This document shows positions 9,865 to 20,586 of a stretch of 41,906 bases of DNA, one piece after another. The notes beneath the pieces are model-generated. The model had not been told where the DNA came from. It saw nothing but the letters and a program-made list of their open reading frames with translations, and did no database searches. Numbering within the stretch: position 1 is the first letter of the stretch; each line of letters begins with the position of its first letter. The position numbers and the translations under genes are program-made. Source of the DNA: Thraustochytrium aureum (taxonomy: Eukaryota); contig BLSG01000029.1 in NCBI GenBank assembly GCA_012862495.1, positions 73,627 through 115,532 on the forward strand, written 5' to 3'.

Positions 9865-12800
9865 ATGACTCGCTTTTCGCAGAGCGCTCAGTCGCATTCA
9901 ACCGGCCTTGCTGGCGACGAGGTTGCCGATGACGGCGTCGCCGGCGACGACTTCATGGAAGAGAGCGACAGCGAATCCTCCATGGATGAAGAACCTGACG
10001 AAGACGTTGAGCACAACGAAGAAACGCAAACGGCGTGGAAGTATGCGTCGTTCAGTCCCGAAGGTGCAAAGTATCACGAGGGCCTTCGAGGGTTTCAATC
10101 TGGTGAAGTCACGATAGATTTCAACTCTTCCGACAAAATCTTGCTCGCCAAGGCCAAGGCCGAGGGCAAACTAGTGCTTGACAGGGCAGGTGCTGAAATC
10201 CGAGGACACCCAATGCGGGAGCTAACCGACCCGCTGACATGCTTTGCAATCTGCTTTCCACCGGCGTGGCTCATCCTTTTTGCAAAGTGGCTTCGCGATG
10301 CTGGCGTGCCCCAGACACTTGAAGACATCATCAAATTTGTTCGCATCGAGATCATACTCCGCGTGTTCGGCGTCTCAGCAACAGAGTACTCGAAGGACCC
10401 TGTTATGTTCACTCAGTTTGCGTATCATGCCGAGGCGCATCGCAGAGTAAGGGCTGCAATGTTTGTCGCGGACAAGCCGTACAGGGGCGAAAAAAAAGGA
10501 CGACGGCAGCTCCAGCACTTTCAACCCTGTGTTCAGCGTGGATCCTTTGATGCGCAAGATACAACGAGCATGCAGGGAGCATTGGAGCGCGCTTTTTTTT
10601 GCGCTGGACATACCTGGGTCGACTTGGACGATGACAAACTCCCGTTCAACTCAAAGACTTGGGAGAAATATGGGATTCGAATGCAGACGACGCGGAAAAA
10701 GAAAACGCAGCCGGTCATCCACCTCGTCGTGAGCGTCGGAACGGGCATGATTTTGTCCTGCGCTCTTGAGGAGCTGAAGTCAACAACCGTTGAACTCGTG
10801 AAGTCGGCGCTGGCGTCACTCTTTGGGACTGACCTTATTGCTGAAGTCGACCAGCATCTCGCCCAAGAGGTGGTGGTCTTTATTGACCGCGGCTATCTTG
10901 CTCTAAGTAAGGGTGCCGCCAAAGGGAAAGTGTTGACAAACACCCTGCAAATGCTCAAGGACACCGGCTTCCGCGTCTTGGGAACCGTGAAGGACACAAA
11001 TTCGTTTCCGTTCGCGTCGGCGGAGCGAGCCCCAAGCGAGCCTACCGCAGCTGGACGCGTGAATGTTGGGGTGTATGGGACCCGCACCATCTTCTCCGCG
11101 GTGAACAGCGGCCTTGGGCTTGAGGCGACGTGCCAGCGCCACGGGCAAGGGAAATCTCGAGTGGCTCTGATGATCACCTCCGCTCAAGAATTTAAAGGGC
11201 CTCGCTTTGTTTACGAGGTCACGCAGGGCACAGACGCAAGTTCTCCTGGCGGGGTCAGGCGGAGAGGCCACAGAGTGGAGCCCAGTGCTCTGGATGACGG
11301 CGCCACATTGTCCAGACAGATCAAGTTCGCTCAGGAGAAGATGGAGTCTAAGCTCATCTTGCTTTCGCAGCGCCAACGCACTCCAGACTGGTTCCTTGCC
11401 AGACTTTTCCGATGCACAAGCTCGGTTGCCTTTGCCTTGCTCAACTTCACTGAAGCTGAGTACTATGATACGGCAGAGTTGCGGCAACTTCACGCGAAGG
11501 CAAAGGAGGCGGCACAGTTGGATCCCCAACTCCGTTTGACGGCTGGCAACGCAATATCAACGCTGCACGACGAGCTCCCCGTCCAGCCTGCACCCGCGAA
11601 GCACAGAGCGTCGTCAAAAAGAGCGAGGAGCGGAACTGCAAGCCGCGGCAGCGGATCCAACCCCGCAACTGCGGTATACTACACAAAGAGGTTCAACCTG
11701 GCCGAGCTGCAGGGTTGTGTAAAGCGTCTTGTGCGGCAGGGCAGAGTTAGCTTGGCTTGCGATGTATCCAAGTCCTCCCGACAAGCCCTTGCGAAAGCCC
11801 TCGCCTCGTACTGTGCAAGCTCCGAAAGTGGGGAGACAGAGGTGCTCAGCATTCTTCAGTCGTCTCAGTTGCCAACAGCAACACCTCGGGGTTCCTCTTC
11901 AGCCGCCTCGTTCGACACATCGGCATTGAATGACCCGGCTCGGGATGGGCTTGGCGTTGTTTCTGAAGCAACAGCGGTGGCGAGCCAAAGTGCTAGCGCC
12001 CTGGCCGCAACCAACGTGAGCTCTACGGCCAACGCAACAGCCGCCGAACCTGTGCAAGCCCAAACGTCGAGGGGCGGTCGTTTCAACTCAAGCCTCTCTG
12101 ACTCAGACTCGGAGGCGAGTGGCCCAGAAGTCTCGTTTGCCGAACGCCCCACTCAAACCTCGGAGGCAACAAGTGGAGAAGACGGTGCAGGGCCACAGAT
12201 CGCACTGCTGCGCTTGATGATGCGGTTTTGGTTCATGAGTCCTTTCGCTACAAAGGGGGCTTTGAGCCCGCTTCAGATCGGGTCAGCAACGGAGTCCTCC
12301 ATTTCGCGCCGTGTTGAGGGCTTTGTCGAGCAGATGTCTCACAGCAAGTTCCGCCTGAAGCTTCTAGGCGAGTACGGTCTTGTTGCCCGGAAAGGATGCC
12401 TCTTTGCCGCCGACTCACCAGACGGCATTGCAGCGCTGCTTGAAAAGCGTGACACGAATCGCGGCCACGCTTTCTCGTCGTTGGTGGCTTTGGAGTTTAA
12501 AACAGCGTGCACTGACAATACGGAGGCACTACTCTCAGACGCCGCTTCGCACACGAAGTTTGTCGAGGTTTTCGCCGGAACGCCTCAATTCAAGCTTCAG
12601 GTGACCAACGCGTCGTGGAGGGCGCAGGCAGTCCACCATGCTGCGGTTCTGGACCTTCCGAGCACTCTCTTCGTCTTCGCGAGCCGGGGGCGAATTGAAA
12701 AGGCAGTGCTCGTTCGGGTTTCCAACGCACAGCGACAAGATTGGATCAAGCTACTTTTGTGCATCCAGGAGAGGCACATGGGCTTTGCTTTCGGCTCAGA

Positions 12801-13892
12801 GCCCCAGATCCCCCGAATCGCCCCAGACAGACACCCTTCGTTTGGGTATGCTGTCGAGCAGCACACGGTTGATTTATACCTCCGTTTGTGGAAAGCTCAC
12901 GCTGCAGATGTATTGCAGCATGGCACGCCGCCGCCTTGCCGTCGCCTACTTCCCATTGTTACGTCCACCTGGAACCACTTTATGGGAGGGGCCGACACGG
13001 TCCGACGCATCGTCAACAGCAAGAAACCCGTATACGGCACGATGAAGTCCTTTTCGCTCCTCTGGATGATGCTGATGGACTACGCCCTGTACAACGCGTT
13101 TCGCCTCCACGGCCTCGCGGTTCTTGGCCAATCAGGCATTGAGTCATGCACCACCTACTCGGAGTTCTGCAGGAAGCGCACCAGTGAACGTCGTACGGGC
13201 ACGTTTTGCGCCGTATCGCTGCCGGCCTCGACGGCCCAGGACAGCTCACGTGGCTGCGCAGCGCTCTGCTTGACATTGACAAGAAACCAAAAAGCCGCAC
13301 CGCGCAGTCTTGCAGCGCGCCTCCAACCGAAGGTCACGTCCAGAGTTCTGCAGCTGTTATGGAGGTCAAGGTCCAGAACAACTTTCTGATCCAGTGCAAT
13401 ACAGACACGCGTTTGATTGCTCTGCGACTCAGCACGGAGGTCGAGCACAAGCTCATTGCATCCAAAGCGGCAACATGCAACGTGTGCTGCGTCTACTGCA
13501 TCAAGGACAGCCACACCGACAGGTACCGTTCGCGTTTGGGCCGCTGGACCTCCAAGGAGTGCAGCGTTTGCGGCATCGCCATCTGCAAGTACTGCTTTCG
13601 AGAATTTCACAACGTGCGTTGCGTACCATATCCTGCGTGCATGCTCAAGCGGTACCCTACTGCTGCAGTGTACGCGCCGTGCTCCGACAACGCCAGCGCG
13701 AGCGACTTTGCTGTACCGTCACAAGGTGGACAGGCTGATGTAGCATCCGAGAATCAACCCATTCGCCGCGAACGCCGAGCAGACGAAGTTGATGATGCAT
13801 CATCCGACGTGAACAAGCCTCGAAAAAGACATCGCGCAAGGAGAGGAGTGATCTCTGTGACCACGCCGCCACCCGACGACGAGCTGGCGTAA
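9865..13892 (+). CDS. piggyBac-like DDD transposase with inserted YqaJ/lambda-exonuclease domain and C-terminal Cys-rich domain (~1,340 aa after correcting homopolymer frameshifts)
   Basis: Acidic disordered N-terminus; VDLDDDKLP (D1 ~10627), VFIDRGY (D2 10885), GTVK, WNHFMGGADTV (D3 12994), LMDYALYNAFRL. YqaJ motifs QRTPDWFLAR..TSS (11368), G..TE (12280), EYGL (12370), SPDG (12415), EFK (12493), Q (12625). CNVCC...CSVCGIAICKYCF...FH (13476-13610) lies in ORF 13206-13892, joined by a 1-nt frameshift at ~13188. Confidence 0.8.
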
Positions 13893-14192
13893 AATTCACC
13901 AATCTGAAAACCTATGAAAAAAACGGATATTTTAGACCCTAACTAAACCTAACCCATCACCTATTTGCTAACTATTTTTATAAGCCGAGAACCCTATATT
14001 TTTATATGACCGTTACAACATCGGAATGTGAGCTTTTTCTCGCCATTTCGAGGTTGACACAATTCCTCACGTGCAGACGCGAATGACTTGGTACTCGGCC
14101 TTCAAAGAGCCCGTCATACGAGCTCGATGTGGCGCAAGTCTCGGACATCCAGGCTCACGCTATCGTGAAGCACTCAAACGTCAACGATGCCT

Positions 14193-14226
14193 TATTTTAT
14201 AGGTTTATTTTATAGGTTTCCTGGTG
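14193..14226. repeat. Right terminal/subterminal repeats of the transposon
   Basis: Perfect tandem TATTTTATAGGTT x2 (14193-14218), the reverse complement of the left-end ACCTATAAAA motif, followed by TCCTGGTG. Confidence 0.75.
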
Positions 14227-14766
14227 AGACTGAGGCTNNNNNNNNNNNNNNNNNNNNNNNNNNNNNNNNNNNNNNNNNNNNNNNNNNNNNNNNNNNNNNN
14301 NNNNNNNNNNNNNNNNNNNNNNNNNNNNNNNNNNNNNNNNNNNNNNNNNNNNNNNNNNNNNNNNNNNNNNNNNNNNNNNNNNNNNNNNNNNNNNNNNNNN
14401 NNNNNNNNNNNNNNNNNNNNNNNNNNNNNNNNNNNNNNNNNNNNNNNNNNNNNNNNNNNNNNNNNNNNNNNNNNNNNNNNNNNNNNNNNNNNNNNNNNNN
14501 NNNNNNNNNNNNNNNTCACTCTCTCTTCCACTTGCTCAGCTCACTCTGCGGCTCATCCGAAGGCAGACGTTTTGTTGGCAGGTCAATGATGGGGTCTGGC
14601 GTCATGGGCAGGCTCGGGTTTGGAGTCTTTCGATCCCCGCCGTTCCGAGTCGTGGCAATCGACGAGTGCGACTTGCCCGCTTCAACAGCGGCCATCATGG
14701 CGCAGGGCTGCAGCACAGCAAGCTCGCTCGGACTCTGCAGTTCAGGGTTCAACGGCTGTCCTCCAG

Positions 14767-15968
14767 CTATGGAAGGATGAGGTGCGCGCGAACCGCATCT
14801 GCGAGGTTGGGAGGGCGGGCACGCGCATCGCGCTTGTAGTCGGCGTTGGCTTTGGCAACGAGAATATGCCCAGGCGGCATGGCGCCTGCCGCGGCAGCGC
14901 TGCGCTGAAACACGACCAGGAACTTTTCGAGGAAAACTTGGCCAAGCACGAACAGCGGGCCGTGGCTGTTGTGAATGTCGAGGTTTTGCAAGAGCACTGT
15001 GCTGCACCCGTCGGCCTGCGTCGCAAACTCGCCACCCGTCAATTTGAAGCGGCGCCCCCCGATAACGTAGGCGAGCTCCGCAGTTGCGGCGATCTTGCCG
15101 GCTTCGCAATGCGCGGCGTGGTGCTGCAGCAGCGCCTCGTACACGGGCGTGGGCATCGTATTTAGCGTGGAGCCCGTGTCAATGGCCACCAAGCAGCGCC
15201 CGCTCCGGCCAGACTGCTGCCGGCAGACGGACTTGCGCAGCGCCGGCGTCAGGAGCGACTTGCCGTTCAGCTCGACGTCGTCGAGCTCCACCGTCCAGTA
15301 GTACGCGTCGACGACCGGCACGCTGAGCAGCTCGCCCACGTAGTGGCGCTCGAAATCCGCCGGCTTGCCCATCACAAAGAACTGGGCCGCCCGGTTCGCC
15401 AACAAAAAGTAAAACTGGTTGTCCTTGACCAGCCCCAAGCGGCACATCCGGTCGAACAGCGGCTCGTGGTGGCCGTGCGCAAGCGCGCGGAAGGCGAGCC
15501 CAAGTACCCCGCTGTACGCCCGCGTCCGGAACACGCCCCCGACTCGCTCGAAACAAGGAGGAACGTCTGGTTCGGAACGACCAATCCGCCCTTGCCCCCA
15601 ACGGTGACCTCCTCTGCGTGGAGGTTTCCGACGATCGACCCTGTCCCAAACCTGATGTTGACCGCCTCTGGGAATGTCGAGGAAAGGTTGCGAAACGTCG
15701 TAGAGCGTTTCGGGTCGTACTCGGCGTGCGACTCGCACAGCGCCGAGGCGCAGCCCTTGCCCGTGACCCACGTGTTCGTGGAACCTGTGTCCAGCACGAG
15801 GCGGAACGCCTGTCCACCGAACCCCACGTCTGCGGTGCTCAAGCGGTGATCCACGCTCGTCAGGTTGGCTTGCAAGTCGCCCAGCCCGGAGCTCACGAGC
15901 CTTTGGTGCAGCGCGAGCGTCTCCAGAAACGCCTGTGACCTCCCTTTCATAGCCACCGCGGCCATCAC
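14767..15968 (-). CDS. Pepsin-like aspartic protease (family A1); 5' end in gap, frameshift at ~15538, 3' end uncertain (may extend to 14516)
   Basis: Two catalytic motifs LVLDTGSTNTWV and VAIDTGSTL; flap IRFGTGS; SGVLGLAF; YYWTVEL; FVLGQVFL. Frames join by adding one G to the G5 run (15536-15540). Confidence 0.9.
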
Positions 15969-16988
15969 NNNNNNNNNNNNNNNNNNNNNNNNNNNNNNNN
16001 NNNNNNNNNNNNNNNNNNNNNNNNNNNNNNNNNNNNNNNNNNNNNNNNNNNNNNNNNNNNNNNNNNNNNNNNNNNNNNNNNNNNNNNNNNNNNNNNNNNN
16101 NNNNNNNNNNNNNNNNNNNNNNNNNNNNNNNNNNNNNNNNNNNNNNNNNNNNNNNNNNNNNNNNNNNNNNNNNNNNNNNNNNNNNNNNNNNNNNNNNNNN
16201 NNNNNNNNNNNNNNNNNNNNNNNNNNNNNNNNNNNNNNNNNNNNNNNNNNNNNNNNNNNNNNNNNNNNNNNNNNNNNNNNNNNNNNNNNNNNNNNNNNNN
16301 NNNNNNNNNNNNNNNNNNNNNNNNNNNNNNNNNNNNNNNNNNNNNNNNNNNNNNNNNNNNNNNNNNNNNNNNNNNNNNNNNNNNNNNNNNNNNNNNNNNN
16401 NNNNNNNNNNNNNNNNNNNNNNNNNNNNNNNNNNNNNNNNNNNNNNNNNNNNNNNNNNNNNNNNNNNNNNNNNNNNNNNNNNNNNNNNNNNNNNNNNNNN
16501 NNNNNNNNNNNNNNNNNNNNNNNNNNNNNNNNNNNNNNNNNNNNNNNNNNNNNNNNNNNNNNNNNNNNNNNNNNNNNNNNNNNNNNNNNNNNNNNNNNNN
16601 NNNNNNNNNNNNNNNNNNNNNNNNNNNNNNNNNNNNNNNNNNNNNNNNNNNNNNNNNNNNNNNNNNNNNNNNNNNNNNNNNNNNNNNNNNNNNNNNNNNN
16701 NNNNNNNNNNNNNNNNNNNNNNNNNNNNNNNNNNNNNNNNNNNNNNNNNNNNNNNNNNNNNNNNNNNNNNNNNNNNNNNNNNNNNNNNNNNNNNNNNNNN
16801 NNNNNNNNNNNNNNNNNNNNNNNNNNNNNNNNNNNNNNNNNNNNNNNNNNNNNNNNNNNNNNNNNNNNNNNNNNNNNNNNNNNNNNNNNNNNNNNNNNNN
16901 NNNNNNNNNNNNNNNNNNNNNNNGTGCCAGCTCGGCTCGGCCCGGGGCTCCCTGCAGGGCCAGTACGGCAGGTGCGACGAGCTGCTAG

Positions 16989-17861
16989 CTAGCCTTGGTC
17001 CGGGCCGCTCTGGCGGCGAGGCGCAAACGCGGGCCACTGCGCGGCGCAATAGAGTCTGCTGACGGCCGAGGCTCGCTCAGACTGTGGGCTGCGCTTGCCC
17101 CGCAAGTGCTGGTCCTCCTGGTCGACCCTTGGCGGCGCGCTGTCTCGGGCGTTGAACGGGTGGTGGTCCACAAAGCAGCGCTCGAGCACGGCCGCGACGC
17201 AACGCGCCCCGTCCCCTGGGAACACGGCGTCCACCGACTTGATGGCGTTGCGCTCTGCGCAGCGGCGCTTGAACCAGCGGCAAACGCTGAATAGCTTGCT
17301 GTGAAGAGCGTCCTGGGCGTCGTCGGGCTTTGTCAGGCCCGAGGCCTCGAAGCCGGCGAGCCGACAAAACTCGCCTGGGCCTCCGTTGAAAGAGTTTTTG
17401 CACTCGGCCTCCCGTGCGGCGCGAACCTCGCTGCATGCGAGCGCTTCGCAGTCAGTCAGATCGCGGCGCGCCACGCAGTGGTCGTAGGCGTGCACAAGCT
17501 CGTGCGTTAGCGCCTCGCCGACCTGCTCCTTGTCAGGGAGCGAGTTGGTGCAGAGCGTCACGGACGGCACGTCCGTGCTCTCAGTGTCCTCCAGGTGCGG
17601 CGCAGAAAAGTACGCTCGCGCAAACGTGCTTGCCACGCCCGACTCCCTGGAGCAGTCGCAGCACTGCACGGTGAAGCGCATTTTGGCTTGGATCGAGTCG
17701 TGGAAGCGCTTGGCGTCCCCGCTGCTCAGCAGCTTCTTCACATACTCCTCGCAGCTGAGCGTGCGACCGGCGCCAGCGTGGTCGGCGCGCAAGCTCGCGT
17801 CAGCGGTCGGCGCAAGTCTTGCCGCCGCGCCCTGGCGCGCAACTTACGTGGGGATGTCCAT
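16989..17861 (-). CDS. ATP23: Mitochondrial inner membrane metalloprotease ATP23 (peptidase M76), two exons
   Basis: LTHELVHAYDHC, DLTDCEALACSEVRAA, CV..V.ERCF.D..PF. Exon 1 is 17861-17848 (ATG GAC ATC CCC AC), intron 17847-17755, exon 2 starts at 17754, giving MDIPTCEEYVKK. Confidence 0.88.
17755..17847 (-). other. 93-nt spliceosomal GT-AG intron in ATP23
   Basis: Donor GTAAGT, branch-like GCTGAC, acceptor CTCAG; splicing links an ATG to the conserved frame and removes in-frame stops. Confidence 0.8.
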
Positions 17862-18217
17862 CGCTGCGAGGCGCCCACGGCCCTCTGCAAGCGACGCAAG
17901 CCGTGTCTCCCTCAGAGCCCCAGCGGCAGAACTCGGGCACAGAGCCCTGGCGCAGTGCAGAAAAGCCAAGCGTTGAGTGCTCTATACCTGCGGAGAGTCA
18001 CTGCCGCCGGCCGCCGATTGCGCCTGCCGAAGGCCGCTCCGAGTCAACGGGGCCAGGCACGCCGTCTTCGACACGGCCCGCAGCGAAGCCGACTCCTTGC
18101 CAAGCCTCCGCTCGGGCCGCTGCCCTCCCTCACCAAACCAGCAAAGCGGCACTGGCGACTTGGAAAGGATGATGAAGTTGGCGCTCCAACAACCGTCCAC
18201 TCTGCAACGAGCGCATG

Positions 18218-18465
18218 AACGAACAAAGGAGCAGCTCGTAACGAACAAAAGAACAGCATACAACGAACAAAGGAACAGCATGTAACGAACAAAGGAAAAG
18301 CATTTAAAGAACAAAGGAACAGCATTTAAAGAACAAAGGAACAGCTCACAACGAACAAACGAAAAGCATGTACCGAACAAACGAACAGCTCGCAAAGAAC
18401 AAAGACGAACAAACAGCTCGTACCGAGCAAAGGAACAGCATGTAACGAGCAAAAGAACAGCTCGA
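18218..18465. repeat. 22-bp A-rich minisatellite, ~11 units
   Basis: Consensus AACGAACAAAGGAACAGCATGT; units start at 18218, 18240, 18262, 18284, 18306, 18328, 18350, 18372, 18394 (irregular), 18422, 18444. Confidence 0.92.
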
Positions 18466-19321
18466 TAGAAAGTTAAAAGAACAAAAGAGCATTCTCCTCT
18501 GCATCGTCCAGTTTCCCCGGCACCTCAGGTGTGCGAGTGAGGCAGCAGGGCCGTCCTCACAGCCGCGCGGCCACCTCGGCGAAGATACACTTCCTGCCCT
18601 CACATCCGCGTGGGCTTGTGCGCGCAGGCCACTGAGTGTGCAAGCGGCTCCCCCCTCTGCGCCTGCCCAGAGGCGTTGCGGACTCTGGCGCTTGGCCCAC
18701 ACAAAGCGCAGCGAAACCCGCGCGAAAGTTGGTTTATTTCCGAGTGGAGGAGGGCTTTCTTGCGGGCGTTGGTTGTGAGGGACCGCTGCCTTCCTTCACG
18801 AGAGCGAGCCAAGAGAGAGCGGGCAAGCAGCGGTNNNNNNNNNNNNNNNNNNNNNNNNNNNNNNNNNNNNNNNNNNNNNNNNNNNNNNNNNNNNNNNNNN
18901 NNNNNNNNNNNNNNNNNNNNNNNNNNNNNNNNNNNNNNNNNNNNNNNNNNNNNNNNNNNNNNNNNNNNNNNNNNNNNNNNNNNNNNNNNNNNNNNNNNNN
19001 NNNNNNNNNNNNNNNNNNNNNNNNNNNNNNNNNNNNNNNNNNNNNNNNNNNNNNNNNNNNNNNNNNNNNNNNNNNNNNNNNNNNNNNNNNNNNNNNNNNN
19101 NNNNNNNNNNNNNNNNNNNNNNNNNNNNNNNNNNNNNNNNNNNNNNNNNNNNNNNNNNNNNNNNNNNNNNNNNNNNNNNNNNNNNCGAGGAGGCTTGCGC
19201 GGCGAAGTGGCGCCAACGCTGACGTTTCCGCTTCGCGCGGTGGGTGACGAAGAGACGCGGACCGTAGCGCCCCTCAGAGCCGTAGCGCTTGAGGGCTAGC
19301 GGAGACGCCTAGGCGAACATC

Positions 19322-20586
19322 ATGAGCTTTTCAGACAAGCCCGCGGTCGTGATCGACAATGGCACCGGGTACACCAAGATGGGATACGCGGGCAACTGCG
19401 AGCCCACTACATCATCCCCACGCTGATCGCCAACCCCATCAGCGACTCGGGCACGCGCGGCACCGTCCGCAACTCGGAGGGCCTCGGCGACCTCGACTTC
19501 TTCATCGGCCACGAGGGCCAGAGCCGCCAAGCGTCGCACCAGATCACCTACCCAATTCGCCACGGCATCATCGAGGACTGGGACAGCATGGAGAAGATGT
19601 GGCAGCGCTGCGTGTTCAAGTACCTCAAGTGCGAGCCGGAGGAGCACTACTTTCTTCTGACCGAGCCCCCGCTCAACACGCCCGAAAACCGCGAGTACAC
19701 CGCCGAGGTCATGTTTGAGACCTTCAACGTCCCCGGGCTCTACATCGCTGTGCAAGCCGTTCTCGCGCTTGCCGCGAGCTGGACCTCAAAGTCCATCACC
19801 GAGCGCACGCTCACGGGCACCGTCGTGGACGCCGGAGACGGCGTCGTGCACATCGTGCCCGTGAGCGACGGGTACGTGATTGGGTCGTCGATCCAGAGCA
19901 TGCCCATCGCCGGCCGCGACGTGACCAACTTTATCAGCGGCATGCTCCGCGACCGCAAGGAGCCCGTGCCACCCGAGGACATCCTGCTCGTCGCCAAGAG
20001 CATCAAGGAGCGCCACTGCTACACCTGCCCCGACCTCGTCAAGGAGTTCAGCAAGTATGACACAGACCCGAAAAAGTACTTTCGCGAGTTCACCGGCACG
20101 CACTCGCGCACAGGCAATAAATGGACCTGCGACGTCGGCTACGAGCGCTTCTTGGGGCCCGAGGTGTTTTTCAACCCCGAGATCTTCAACCCGGCCTACA
20201 ACACCCCGCTCCCCGAGCAGGTCGACAAGGCCATCCTCGCCAGCCCGATAGACTCGCGCCGCGGTCTGTACAAGAACGTCGTGCTGTCGGGCGGCACGAC
20301 CATGTTCAAGGACTTTGGCCGCCGGCTGCAGCGCGACCTGAAAAAGATCGTCGACACGCGCCTCGAGGAGAACTGGCAGAAGAACCCAAAGTTCAAGGGC
20401 ACCGCAGCAAGCAAGATGGACGTCAACGTGATCAGCCACCACATGCAGCGCTTTGCCGTCTGGTTCGGAGGCAGCATGCTCTCCAGCACGCAAGAGTTCT
20501 ACCGCGTCTGCCACACCAAGGCCCAGTACGAGGAGGAAGGCCCTCGGATTGCCCGCCACAACCCTGTCTTCAGCGCGCAAATGTAA
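19322..20586 (+). CDS. ARP3: Actin-related protein 3 (Arp2/3 complex); 1-nt frameshift at CCC 19403-19405
   Basis: [110 protein letters not shown] are Arp3-specific. Confidence 0.95.

Larger units (their letters stand above)
9401..14226 (+). mobile_element. piggyBac-related DNA transposon encoding a transposase-YqaJ exonuclease fusion; left terminus in gap, right terminus inferred
   Basis: Single long transposase gene with visibly lower GC than host genes. AT-rich flanks carry inverted copies of an ACCTATAAAA motif (left 9404-9413 and 9461-9474; right, reverse complement, 14194-14206 and 14207-14219). Confidence 0.8.

Noticed and set aside
13937..13955. True telomere or telomere-addition site
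   Set aside because: Only ~3 degenerate CCCTAA-like units, internal to a scaffold and inside a transposon end.
18218..18465. Possible CRISPR array, or the Cys/Phe-rich minus-strand ORFs 17982-18452 and 18044-18325
   Set aside because: Contiguous 22-bp units without spacers, no cas genes, eukaryotic context; the period is not a multiple of 3, so the ORFs are by-products of the repeat.
19322..20586. ARP3 (and other frameshifted genes) as pseudogenes
   Set aside because: Single homopolymer indels in otherwise highly conserved, stop-free sequence; assembly error is much more likely.
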